Shown piece by piece: positions 13,401-25,792 of a stretch of DNA of 64,000 nt. How positions within the stretch are numbered: the first letter of the stretch is position 1; each line of letters opens with the position of its first letter. The position numbers were made by a program, and so were the translations under genes. The DNA is taken from positions 8,152,201-8,216,200 of the forward strand of contig NC_092679.1 in the NCBI RefSeq assembly GCF_964355755.1, given 5' to 3'. The stretch is from Antedon mediterranea. Lineage: Eukaryota > Animalia > Echinodermata. A model generated the notes under the pieces. That model had not been told where the DNA came from. It saw nothing but the letters and a program-made list of their open reading frames with translations, and did not search any database.

Positions 13401-15440
13401 TATGATAGATCTACTTTAAGGACTTTAGGATGTGGTATGTATAAATCAGTGGAATGTTTAGTAACAGTATGTGACATGTCATGTTCAACAATTTTACTCT
13501 ATTTTGTATTTGTTGTAGTTGGTGAACCATTGAATCATGAAGCTTGGGAATGGTATCATGATATTGTAGGTGAAGGAAGATGCTCATTAGTTGATACATG
13601 GTGGCAGACAGGTAACAACATTAAGCTGTATTTATGTTATCATTTGTTGCTGACATTACTTCAATTACCTTTACCATGATATTGACATTATTATATTGTT
13701 AAAAAGAATGCCCTTTCTTAATAGAAACTGGTGGTATTTGTATCGCACCAAGGCCCTCAGAACCGGGTGCCAAGATTTATACTGGACCCATGCGACCATT
13801 CTTTGGTATCGAGCCTGTTTTAGTGGATGAAAAGGTATACAGATCATCAAATTGTTCTTATCTCAACACTAATTTTATTCAAATGTACTAAATTGTCTTT
13901 ATTTTATTTAAAAAATGATCTTATCTGCTGTATCTTGATGTTTCAGTCAAAAGAAATAAATGGCAATGCTGTTAGTGGGGCTCTTTGCATTCGTAGGCCT
14001 TGGCCTGGAATGGCTAGGACAATTTATGGAAATCATCAACGATTTCAAGAAGTTTACTTTTCACCATATCCAGGTAAGCAAGTACTTAGCTTGCTTCCCA
14101 CTTTGACACAAAGTTTACTTTTCATCATATCCAGGTAAGCAAGTACTTAGCTTGCTTCCCACTTTGACACAAAGTTTACCTTTCACCATATTCAGGTAAG
14201 CAAGTACTTAGCTTGGGTTTTTCCCACTTTGACGCAATCCAACAACGTATGCGCAACACAACATGATCCATGACTTTGTGATTGGAAACTCTGTTTTCCT
14301 GTGTTCAAGAGGGAACCACGTTTTAAATTAAATAAAGAACCACGTATTTATTTAAGATCCGAAAGGATGAAATTAAATGTATATATTTTAGTAAAAATAA
14401 TTGATAATGTAAATGTTTATGCTACAGACAGCTCAAGTCTATACTCTGTATATTGTGCTGTATTTTCATCATAATTCAATCTCCCAATTACTATATATTT
14501 CAGGTTATTATTTTTCTGGTGATGGTGCTACTCGCGATGAGAATGGTTTCTATCACATTACTGGTCGTGTAGATGATGTCATCAATATTAGTGGACACAG
14601 ATTAGGAACAGCAGAGGTTGAAGATGCAATGGTAATTTTTTTAAATTATTTTTAATGTTTGAATTACATACATATATTTTCTTTCTTTTAAAGCAAACAT
14701 TGTATGTAAACTATTTAGTCAACTAGAAGAGCAGCTTGTGCTCACAATGCTAAATTTGTGTCATTCAACAGTAACATATATTGTTGTTGATAGGATGAAC
14801 ATCCTGCTGTAGCTGAAACTGCTGTTGTAGGCTTTCCACATGAAATCAAAGGTGAAGGTATGTAAGATGCTACCCTTTAGCTTTAAAGTTATACATTATG
14901 TATATACAGTAGTTTATTGAGGAATCATGATACTAAGTAAATGATATAATTGTGTTTAATATTAGGAGTGTATGCTTATGTTATTTTGAGGGATGATGTA
15001 ACTCAATCACACACTGAGATTGTTGCTGAATTAAAGGCAGGTGTAAAGAAACAAATCGCATCTTATGCAGTTCCTGATTATATTCAGGTTAGAAAGAATT
15101 TATACTACTATGAATATGTAAATGAAAGCTTCAAAAGAAGCCAATAGTAATACTGTATATTTACAGATATTGCCTGCTTAGAGGTTAGATATAAGATTTG
15201 ACATCCCCGAGGGAATGATATTTTGTAAATCTTATATATTACCGATATAAATTTTTGTTTTAGATTACTCCAGGATTGCCAAAAACAAGGTCTGGAAAGA
15301 TTATGCGTAGGATTTTACGCAAAGTCTGTGCTAACCAATCAGACGAGCTTGGTGATATTAGCACTTTGGCCGATCCTTCTGTTGTTGAGCTTATTGTAAA
15401 AAGTCATGAACAAGTTCTTAAAGAACAACAAAATAAATAA
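4491..15440 (+). CDS. ACSS1: Acetyl-CoA synthetase, mitochondrial type, 15 coding exons
   Basis: GT-AG exons joined by eye: 4491-4848, 11072-11168, 11306-11452, 11646-11698, 12388-12566, 12665-12817, 13006-13153, 13297-13434, 13519-13611, 13725-13834, 13947-14073, 14504-14631, 14794-14857, 14966-15087, 15264-15440. Motifs: [75 protein letters not shown]. Basic, acid-poor N-terminus suggests a mitochondrial presequence. Confidence 0.93.
5201..5408. mobile_element. Short MITE (family D), internally deleted
   Basis: TIR GTCCTACTAAACACCAAACG / CGTTTGGTGTTTAGTAGGAC, flanked by the direct repeat (C)AAAATGAC (8-9 bp TSD). Longer relatives at 50787-51399 and around 32330-36850. Confidence 0.8.
7067..7603 (+). 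pseudogene. LINE ORF1-like protein (coiled coil plus RRM-like region), 3' truncated
   Basis: Heptad-rich N-half followed by [15 protein letters not shown]...VHRLP...PIIAKF, typical of ORF1 proteins of invertebrate LINEs. Confidence 0.7.
7741..9795 (+). pseudogene. LINE ORF2 reverse transcriptase, disrupted, endonuclease domain absent
   Basis: In-frame stop at 8611-8613 in NS*FGF; frameshifts after ~9170; RT motifs intact in 8644-9222. Confidence 0.88.
14050..14235 (+). repeat. Three-copy 61-bp tandem repeat spanning the ACSS1 exon 11 splice donor
   Basis: Unit AAGTTTACTTTTCACCATATCCAGGTAAGCAAGTACTTAGCTTGCTTCCCACTTTGACACA starting at 14050, 14111 and 14172. Confidence 0.95.
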
Positions 15441-16368
15441 TATCTTTTTATATAATAATACAATTCCAAATGTGACAGATTGCTGGATGTACTGTATACT
15501 TATTAAAACTATTACCAAATATATTATCCTTGCCGTGAAGTATATACAAAATAAACTGTATTGGAAGCAGCATAAATTTATGTATTATAATAGATATTTT
15601 TCCAGTTATTCTTTACTTAGTGTATTTAAAAAAAACAATTCAATTATGTCAAATATTAAATAATCAGAACGTAAAAAGATTTGGTGATTTTAAATCCAGA
15701 TTATCAGTACTAAAAAGTATGATTTTTATAACCTGAAAAGAAATTGGATCAACTGTCATCTGTTTTAATAATAATATTTTCTATCAAGCAAAGTAGTTGT
15801 GTATTTAATTTTTTATTATAAAAGAGAAAAGAAATCAGCATCACAAAGAATCATCTTCGCATTTTCAAAAAATCTGATGACTAGAGTAATAAAACCATTG
15901 ACAGGGTTAAAATGTGGGCAAATCTTGGGTATAAAATTATGTATTTTTACATAAAGGGTAAACTATTGGGCAAGGGTAAACTATTGGGCAAGTCTCACAG
16001 CATGGTGAAGCAAGATCATATGTGAAAGTCAAACAAATCAAAATCTTTATCCCCTTTTTTAAATATTATCTTTTAACTTGGAATGCACCTAGTAAAGCAC
16101 TCTAGAATTCAGGTAAGGAATTACTTTATACGGCCTGAGCCAATTTTTTAATTCAGTTTGAAATTGCCTCATCTTTATAATAACTCTACTACTAGACTAT
16201 TGTACTATATTTACAATTGAAAATGTCACATTATAGTAGCATTTAAGTCAATACTTGGTGGTAGTCAATTTCTAATTCGGTAAATCATGAAATATACAAA
16301 CTTGAACCAACATTGTAGTACTTTAAATTATTCTCATTAAGCAATCTAATCTAGGCTTAATGTATAAA

Positions 16369-19300
16369 TTATGGTACAGTTTCCGTGCCTTTAGAATAAT
16401 TATCGTTTAACTTCTCAAAAACTGGTATTGGTGAGACAACAGGTTGAAATCTCTGCAAGATACAAACAAAGATCAAGTTACAAAAAGCTTCTGCAAAAAG
16501 TGATTTAAAGATTTTATTTATTTAGAAAAAAAAAATACCTCTGTTGTAATATTCTTTGTTTCATCTGTATGTCTGTAGAATTTTGTCCCATAAAGTAAAT
16601 GTCCATAAGCTGATGTTGTGTGTAAAAGAGGTTCATAGTCCCTGTGCCTCTTAGTGCATGGTAAAAATCTGCAATGAATATTATTGGTATCAGTAGTATG
16701 CATAGTATAGCAAAATTGTCCATTACATCTTCACAAAACTGAAGTCTGGAGAGCACCGGCTGAATCACCTTTTTCCACCAAGTCAAACATAAATATAACC
16801 TTAGACACAATAAATCATTCTCGACACCTTTCACTAGAACTAACAGATCTGGAAATTTCATTATCAACTACTACTATCACAGTCAGATTCAGTCATCGTA
16901 TACTACTAACAGTAAAACTGTACTATAATAATAAAATAAAACAATAGATAATAATAAACTATAAATAATTGTGTTTCTGTAAATGATTCACTTTACTTAC
17001 ATATTATCATTAACTCTCATGACCCATTCCTTCATTTTCATTGCTTCTCTTGCTTGTTCAACAGATGTAAAAGATGTTGCAACCCTTAGTGTTGGTTGTA
17101 ATAGTTTGTAACGTTGCTTTATTACTTCTTCTGGTGCACGAAATGGTCCCTGTATTAGTGAGCATGAATGAATAGAATATGTTTTAACAGAATTATGGAA
17201 ATTGTAGTTTTGTTTTTCGACAGAATAAAGTTTAATAGTCTCACCTGTTGTTTCTGACCTATTGGTGGAAGTGGGGTTGTATGCGGTATTGGCAGCCTTG
17301 TTGTAATGGTTTTTCCACATATGTTATCTCTTTTAGGTCTAGGACCTACAGGTGGTCTAGGCTTTACACGTCTTAATAAGAGCTCCATTTCATCTGGGTA
17401 TGGCTGAAAAGGTGAATTATAGATTCCTGGAACCTAAAATATCAGGAAAAAAAATACTATCCTGTATTGTAATAAGTTTGAAAGTAGATTACATATAAAT
17501 GTCATGTAATCAAGATTCCTAATCTAAATTCATATTATAATATTATTATTGTTCTCTCTTACCACTTCAGTACTTAACAAGTAATGTTTCTTCTGTGCTT
17601 CTGCCTCTAATCTCTCCTTTATCTTTTGCTGTAGTTCTCTTTCAGCTTCTACTGCCTTTAGCTCACTGTACTCCTGCAATTGTTGCCTGTGATTTGATTT
17701 TAATTGTTAAAAATCATGGAGAAAACAGATTAAAATCTATAAATGAACTGCAATGAGGATTAGAAAGCTAGTATGTTTTAGGAACATTTTTTTTTGTCCA
17801 CAATCGAATACCGTAAGGTGGCTCAGTAAAATATGTAAATTAGATAATCTGCATATTTTGGTTCAATCAAACTTACCTAACAAATTCATTTTTAACAACA
17901 AGTCCTTCTAGATATTTTTTTCGACTGTAGTAATTATGAATATATTTTCTTGTGTAATAACCTCTCCAAATTTTCTGAATCTAAAAAAAAAAATAGTTTT
18001 TGACTTTGGAATACTTAATAATAAAAATATTAATAACAACAACGTCACAATATAAGACCGAACAAAATTTACATACCTGTACAGCCATTACATTATAATA
18101 ATGTAATCTCATCACCACCATTAATTCTTTAATCAGTACTCTGAATAGAGAACGTCCCAAATAACCTCGCCATACTTTTTGGATTTTTGTTGCACAATGG
18201 TGTAAAAACTTTAAATATGCTCGGACTCTAACAGCCCTGAACCATGCTTGTATTTTACCCACAGCTATAAATTCTTCGTCTCGTTTTACTTCGGCAGTTC
18301 TGATAAAAAATAAAAAATGACACTGATTTTTTAGTGTAGTCCTAGGCCTAATATTATTAATATTTTGTCAGGTTAGCCTGGTTAGTAATAGATAGATTAG
18401 GCCTAGTAGGCCTAAGCCTAGCCTAGACTTGCCGTAAGGGAACAGATGTCAACTGCGTTGTGATTGGTCCTCACATGAACGTAAATAGGCCTAGGCCTAG
18501 CCTATATGCTAAATAATTGAGGACCTCGGGCCTCTCTCTCTCTGGCCCTCGTTACCCTACAAACTAAAAAAAAATCTTCTCTAGGGCCTAGAGGGCCTAA
18601 ACAACAAAACACCCGAAAACAACCATAAACAACTAAAAACAAACCGAAAACAAAATATAATAATCTAAATACCGAAAACAAATTTTGTGTAATATTTTTT
18701 TTAATGTCGCCCTCTATTGAAGGGTGTTTCTAAAGACCATAACAGAGAGAATACCGCGCGCGGAAAAGCCAAGGAAGACCCTACGAAATGGTAGGGTGCA
18801 CAAAATACAACTAAAAATCGTACAATCAATCTATGATAACATTTACTTACACTTACAGAATCTATAAAAATATTTTAATTTTAGTCTTTCGATTTTTGAT
18901 CCAGAAACCAACGCATTTACTCCTCACAATAATTGTGAATACGTTAATCCATAGTATAGAAAGTAAATTGACTATGGTTAATCGGCCGGTTAATCATGAT
19001 CAATTTAATTATAGATTTTCAAAGATAATAATACAAAAATGATATTTTTAAGAATATTGATAATATTAGGGACTATAAAGTATATACTTAAAACAAGCTC
19101 ACGATAAAGGATTCAATAAAATCTATTCAGTAAAATTACCGTAGTCGAGTAAATAACGTTTTTTTCCTTAATCAATTCAGTATTAACTTAAGTGACGAAA
19201 ACCGGGGACGAAAATGCAAAGTTAGGTAAAATCATGCTTTGTTTTTTAAAAGACTAAACACGAAATGTGTTTATAGATTTTGTAAGTAAATGTAGTCTAC

Positions 19301-22300
19301 GGTGTATTTCATTGAATTTGTACGATTTTGAGTTGTATTTTGTGCACACTACCATTTCGTAGGGTCTTCCTTGGCTTTTGCGCGCGCAGTTTTCTCTCTC
19401 TGTATGGTCTTACCAGGGAGTTGTATTTTACCTGAGACAACAGTTTGATTGTTGTCTCAGATTTTACACTACTACCTGGTCTTACCCTCTCTCTGTATGG
19501 TCTTAGCTTTAGAAACACCCATCAATAGAGGGCGAGGTATATTCAGAGCGTCATTTCGACGATCGAGCATTCTCTACTTCTACGGAGCGCCATTTATGCA
19601 TTTATTTACTTCCGAATTAGAAATAGTACTACGGTAGCTGCTCCAGTGGACCAAATTTAGCACTAGTGGAGCGCAGTGATATAAAATAGAAATAAGTCAC
19701 TGAATTTGAATATCTTTTCGTATGTTAATACACTGTGCTCAAGTGGACCCAATTTGGAGCCAGTGGAGCACAGTTATATAAAATAGAAAAAAGTCACTGA
19801 ATTTTAATATCTTTTCGTATGTTAATACACTGTGCTCAAGTGGACCCAATTTGGAGCCAGTGGAGCACAGTGATATAAAATAGAAAAAAGTCACTGAATT
19901 TTAATATCATTTCGTATGTTAATACACTGTGCTCAAGTGGACCCAATTTGGCGAAAGGAGAGCACAGTGATATAAAATATAGAAATAAGTCATTGAATGT
20001 TAATATATTTTCGTATGTTAATACACTGTGCTCAAGTGGACCTAATTTGGCGCCAGTGGAGCACAGTGATATAAAATGGAAAAAGTCACTGAATTTTAAT
20101 ATCTTTTCGTATTTAATATACACTATGCTCAAGTGGACCCGATTTGGAGCCAGGGGAGCACTGTGATATAAAATAGAAATAAGTCACTGAATTTTAATAT
20201 CTTTTCGTATGTTAATACACTGTGCTTACGTGGACCCAATTTGGCGCGCGCGCGCCAGTGAGCACAGTAATATAAAATGGAAAAAAGTCACTAAATTTTA
20301 ATATCTTTTCGTCTGTTAATACACTGTGCTCAAGTGGACCCAATTTGGCACCAATGGGAGCACAGGGAAATAGTCACATACAAAAACATCGAGAAAAAAT
20401 ACTTCTGGAATTTAAAAATATTTCAAACTTGGTATATATGTTCAATATCGGTTACTCCATCCGTAAACCAAAAGAAAAAATAGTTTCAAGCCACATCAGT
20501 GATTTTAATAACTTGCATTCGCTTAAGATAATACTTATGAAAAAACATACAATTCCGACACATATTATGTTAAACTCTAATAATGATTTTGACAACAAAA
20601 AAACGGTTAGGAATTCGATTTTTTCCCTGTAAATTGAGCAAAAATATATATTGAAATCAAGGAGTATTTTTTTTTTACAAAAGAAATGTTTGTATGTTAA
20701 TACACTGTGCTCCAGTGGATCCAATTTGGCGCCAGTGGAGCACAGAGAAATAGTCACATACAAAAACTTCTAGAAAAAATATTTATCGAATTCAAAAATA
20801 TTTCAAACTTGGTTTACTACACGTTCAATATCGGTTACTCCATCCGTAATGCAAAAGAAAAAATAGTTTCAAGCCACATTAGTGATTTTAATAACTTGCG
20901 TTTGTCTAAGATAAATACTTAAGAAAGAACATACAATTCCAACACATTTTTTTAAACTTTAGCGATTAAAAAAAAGAAAAAAAAAAAAAAGTTAAAAATA
21001 TGAATTATGTAGTAACATATTGAACGTGTAGTAACCTATTGAACGTATACTACCAAATTTCAAATGTGTAGGACAATATTTTATGACGATCAAAATTTAA
21101 AGTTTAAAAAATGTGTTGGAATTCTATATTCTATCATAAATATACATTTTAAACGAACGAAAATTACTAAAATCACTGATATGGCTTGAAACTAATTTTT
21201 CTTTTGCATTACGGATGGAGTAACCGATATTGAACTTATATACCAAGTTTGAAATATTTTTGAAATCCAGAAGTATTTTTTCTCGATGTTTTTGTATGAT
21301 TGTGACTATTTCCCTGTGCTCCACTGGCGCCAAATTGGATCCACTGGAGCACAGTGTATTAACATACGAACATTTCTTTTGTAAAAAAAAAATACTCCTT
21401 GATTTCAATATATATTTCTTGGTATATTTTTAATTTAAGTTGCTCAATTTACAGGGAAAAAATCGAATTCCTAACCGTTTTTTTTGTGTAAAAATCATTA
21501 TTAGAGTTTAACATATGTGTCGGAATTGTATGTTTTTTCGTAAGTAGTATCTTAAGTAAACGCAAGTTATTAAAATCACTGACGTGATTTTGGTTTACGG
21601 ATGGAGTAACCAATATTGAACAAATATACCAAGTTTGAAATATTTTTAAATTCCAGAAGTATTTTTTCTCGATGTTTTTGTATGTGACCATTTCCCTGTG
21701 CTCCCATTGGTGACAAATTGGGTCCACTTGAGCACAGTGTATTGAAATACGAAAAGATATTATAATTTAGTAACTTTTTTCTATTTTATATCACTGTGTG
21801 CTCACTGGCGCACGCGCCAAATTGGGTCCACGTGAGCACAGTGTATTAACATACGAAAAGATATTAAAATTCAGTGACTTATTTCTATTTTATATCACTG
21901 TGCTCCACTGGTGCAAAATTAGGTCCACTTGAGCACAGTGTATTAACATACGAAAAGATATTAAAATTCAGTGACTTATTTCTATTTTATATCACTGTGC
22001 TCCCATGGCTCCAAATTGGGTCCACTTGAGCACAGTGTTATTAACATACAAAAAGATATTAAAATTCAGTGAATTATTTCTATTTTATATCACTGTGCTC
22101 CACTGGCTCCAAATTGGGTTCACTTGAGCACAGTGTATTAACATACGAAAAGATATTAAAATTCAGTGACTTTTTTCTATTTTATATCACTGTGCTCCAC
22201 TGGCTCCAAATTGGGTCCACTTGAGCACAGTGTATTACTATTAACATACGAAAAGATATTAAAATTCAGTGACTTTTTTCTATTTTATATCACTGTGCTC

Positions 22301-25300
22301 CCCTGGCTCCAAATTGGGTCCACTTGAGCACCGTGTATTAACATAGGAAAAGATATTCAAATTCAGTGACTTTTTTCTATTTTATATCACTGTGCTCCCC
22401 TGCCTCCAAATTGGGTCCACTTGAGCACAGTGTATTAACATACGAAAAGATACTAAAAATCATTGACTTATTTCTATTTTATATCAATGTGCTCTCCTGG
22501 CTCCAAATTGGGTCCACTTGAGCACAGTGTATTAACATACGAAAAGATATTAAAATTCAGTGATTATTTTAATTTTATATCATTGTGCTCCCATGGCTCC
22601 AAATTAGGTCCACTTGAGCACAGTGTTATTAACATACGAAAAGATATTAAAATTCAGTGAATTATTTCTATTTTATATCACTGTGCTCCTCACTGGCGCC
22701 AAATTGTGTCCACTTGAGCACAGTGTATTTACATACGAAAAGATATTAAAATTAGTGACTTATTTCTATTTTATATCACTGTGCTCCACCGGTGCTAAAT
22801 TTGGTCCACTGGAGCAGTTACCGTAGTACTATTTCTAATTCGGAAGTAAATAAAGGCATAAATGGCGCTCCGTAAAAGTAGAGAATGCTCGATCGTCGAA
22901 ATGACGCTCTGAATATACCTCAAATATTATACAAATTTGTTTTCGGTATTTAGATTTTTTTATTTTGTTTTCGGTTTGTTTTCGGTTGTTTTCGGTAATT
23001 ATTAGACTAGACTGACCCCTTCGAATTAATTTAAGCCCAGACAGAGGGTAGGCCTCTAGATAGTAGGCCTAGCTAGGCTTACTTATTATACAGGCTAGGC
23101 CCGCCTAGTTAGGCCTATTATTATTACGGTACTAGCCTCCTAGCTAGGCTAGGTAGGAAGGGCCTCGCGGATTACGGTCGAAGCGGCCGCCAACCAAAGC
23201 GGCCTCTAGTTCAATAACGGTAATTTGTATGGAACGCCGTGTGCGCTTTGATTGTCGTTGTTGTGTCATTTTTGATTGTCATTGTTTCGATCGTCAGGTT
23301 TTTTTTTCCTCGGACGTAAATAACAACTTACATTATTAATATTATGTAATATATTCTCTTTTTTGACAGATTGAATGTGATACCTTCTTTTAAACGAAAT
23401 GGCGAATCGATGATTACTTACTTTAACTGTTCTAAATGATATATATGTTTAATAAAGTCAATAAAAAACATTGTGGTGTTTTTATTGTATAATATATAAT
23501 ATGCCAATTATTAAGAATAATATATATATTTTTTTCAATAAAATATATCAAATCAAAATATATATATTTGTTATTGTATATTAATATATTAGTAAAGTAA
23601 CTACTGTTAGTAGTACGTGTTCGCAAACATAATTTAATTACAATAACATGATGACATCAATTTATTTATTTAATATCCTAAATTGTTTTATACCTTCAGA
23701 TATATAAATATTGATCAATTTAAAATTAGTTTTAAATACCTGTACTAAAATAAGACGCAAGTGCCTGTACGGTACGGTAATTAATTACGTGAATTTCTGC
23801 CAATAACTCGACTGGCGGCCGGCCAGGAATAGTGCTGTAGAAGGTCGCGTTTTCGTCTTCACGTTGCTTCATTGAAAACACAAACAATGTATTACAATGG
23901 AATAACACTTAAATGTATAACACACCCTATTACTAATAATAAAAACCAAAATTCGATAGTACAGTGTAAACGAGATATAAATATTCGACAATACCGTACG
24001 TAACTTATTATTGCAATACTGTATAAAGATTCGATGTAAATGAGATATAAAGATTCGGCAATACCGTACGTAAATTATTAATGCAATACTGTAAAGATTC
24101 GATGTAAATGAGATATAAATATTCGGCAATACCGTACGTAAATTATTAATGCAATACTGTAAAGATTCGATGTAAATGAGATATAAATATTCGGCAATAC
24201 CGTACGTAAATTATTAATGCAATACTGTATAAAGATTCGATGTAAATGAGATATAAAGATTCGGCAATACCGTACATGAATTATTAATGCAATACTGTAT
24301 AAAGATTTGATGTAAATTAGATATAAATATTCGGCAATACCGTACGTAAATTATTATTGCAATACTGTATAAAGATTCGATGTAAATGAGATATAAAGAT
24401 TCGGCAATACCGTACATGAATTATTAATGCAATACTGTATAAAGATTTGATGTAAATGAGATATAAAGATTCGGCAATACCGTACGTAAATTATTATTGC
24501 AATACTGTATAAAGATTTGATGTAAATGAGATATAAAGATTCGGCAATACCGTACATGAATTATTAATGCAGTACTGTATAAAGATTCGATAGTATGTAA
24601 ATGAGATATAATTCGGCAATACCGTACGTAAATTATTATTGCAATACTGTAAAAAGATTCTATGAGATACAAGGATTCAGCAATACCGTACGTAAATTAT
24701 TAATGCAATACTGTATAAAGATTCGATAGTATGTAAATGAGATATAAATATTCGCCAATACCGTACGTAAATTATTAATGCAATACTGTATAAAGATTCG
24801 ATAGGAGAGTGCTCAAGAAACGTCGGGTCAAGAGGATAAAATAAACAAATAAATAAATAGTACGTAATAAATGAGACATAGAGGTTCAATAGTATGTAGA
24901 TTATGATGCAAACGTAAATTATTAATGATTCGATAATATATAATGTAAATATATTTAGTTAGTTATTAATATTAAAATACAAATAAAATATACATTGATT
25001 TATCCGCAGGCAAACTTAATTATTATAGAAATATAAAGATTCGATAGTACATGATTTGGCTTATATTTATTGGTTTGACCATACACACAGCTGTAACTCA
25101 ACTCGCCATAGGCCATGGCGTTGACAACGACAATCAAAGATTAAAGCGCACATGGCGTTCCATACAAATGACGATATTAAACTGGCGGCCGCTTTGGTTG
25201 GCGGCCGCTTCGACCATACTCCCTAGGGCCTAGGCCTAAAACAAAACAGGCCTAGGTCTAGGCCTAGCCTATCTAGGCCTATATAGGCGGCCTAGGCTAG

Positions 25301-25475
25301 GCCTACTTACTGCTGTGTAGAGGACCTCTCTAGTAGTAGACTAGGCCTAACTAGGCCTAGAGGCCTAGGTTACTCTATCTAAAAAAAAACCAAATAAAAC
25401 TAATTACCTATTTCTTTTAAAAACCTGCTCTATTATTATAGTTTTTCTATTCATAAGATGTACCACTTTTGCCAT
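16369..25475 (-). CDS. SPATA17: Spermatogenesis-associated protein 17 (IQ-motif ciliary/flagellar protein), 8 coding exons
   Basis: Exons (minus): 25408-25475, 18077-18299, 17877-17980, 17563-17686, 17245-17433, 17001-17149, 16539-16668, 16369-16452, all GT-AG and phase-consistent. Three IQ motifs (IQAWFR, IQKVWRG, IQKIWRG), then HYLLST.VPGIYNSPF, QGPFR..EV..QRY..LQPTLRVA and EW..RVNDN, as in vertebrate SPATA17 recalled from memory. Confidence 0.9.
18600..23018. mobile_element. Foldback MULE-like MITE (family A), interrupted by element B
   Basis: 18600-19533 plus 22922-23018 align with the intact copy at 42743-43727; right end ...GACTGACCC; left terminus eroded. Confidence 0.85.
19534..22921. 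mobile_element. Foldback element B, copy 1: ~3.4-kb non-coding palindrome with 97-bp tandem arrays in both arms
   Basis: Ends GAGGTATATTCAGAGCGTCATTTCGACGATCGAGC / GCTCGATCGTCGAAATGACGCTCTGAATATACCTC; arrays ~19640-20367 and ~21694-22815 in opposite orientation; inverted inner arms; short unique core ~20960-21110; no TSD. Confidence 0.92.
23175..25216. mobile_element. Non-autonomous TIR element with TA TSD (Tc1/mariner-like)
   Basis: TA|CGGTCGAAGCGGCCGCCAACCAAAGCGGCC ... GGCCGCTTTGGTTGGCGGCCGCTTCGACCA|TA; TIR similarity runs ~75 bp; no transposase. Confidence 0.85.
23965..24802. repeat. 68-70-bp minisatellite, about 12 copies, inside the TA element
   Basis: Unit TGTAAATGAGATATAAAGATTCGGCAATACCGTACGTAAATTATTAATGCAATACTGTATAAAGATTCGA; exact 70-bp period across ~24190-24550. 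Confidence 0.95.
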
Positions 25476-25542
25476 TTTCGACGTCGTCGACGACACCACC
25501 GAGACGGTCGACGATCGAAGGAAGAAGGTTATTGTTTTTCGT

Positions 25543-25555
25543 GTTGCCATGCAAC
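25543..25555. promoter_or_regulatory. RFX X-box in the SPATA17 promoter
   Basis: GTTGCCATGCAAC, a near-palindromic match to GTTGCCATGGCAAC, 68 bp upstream of the ATG of a ciliary/flagellar gene. Confidence 0.7.
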
Positions 25556-25792
25556 AAGAAAGGTCATGATGTAAAACGTTTGCGAAATATTGTATGTGTG
25601 ATTAATAATAATTTTGTAGAAAATTGAATCAAATACAAATGGAATGATGGTTAATATTTAGTTGCAGTTGTAATTGTAACAAAACCGTTCCTGGCTTAAT
25701 TACACAAGACAAGATAATTGTCCACCTAAAAATATATATTTTTACAATTTTTTTGTTAAATAGTTGGATCGAAAAAAAATATTTTGGCCTAC

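Noticed and set aside
19640-22815. CRISPR array
   Set aside because: Eukaryotic intron context, no cas genes, and the segments between palindromes are near-identical rather than unique spacers.
23965-24802. CRISPR array or repeat-protein ORFs
   Set aside because: Plain head-to-tail minisatellite; the overlapping ORFs are by-products of the repeat.
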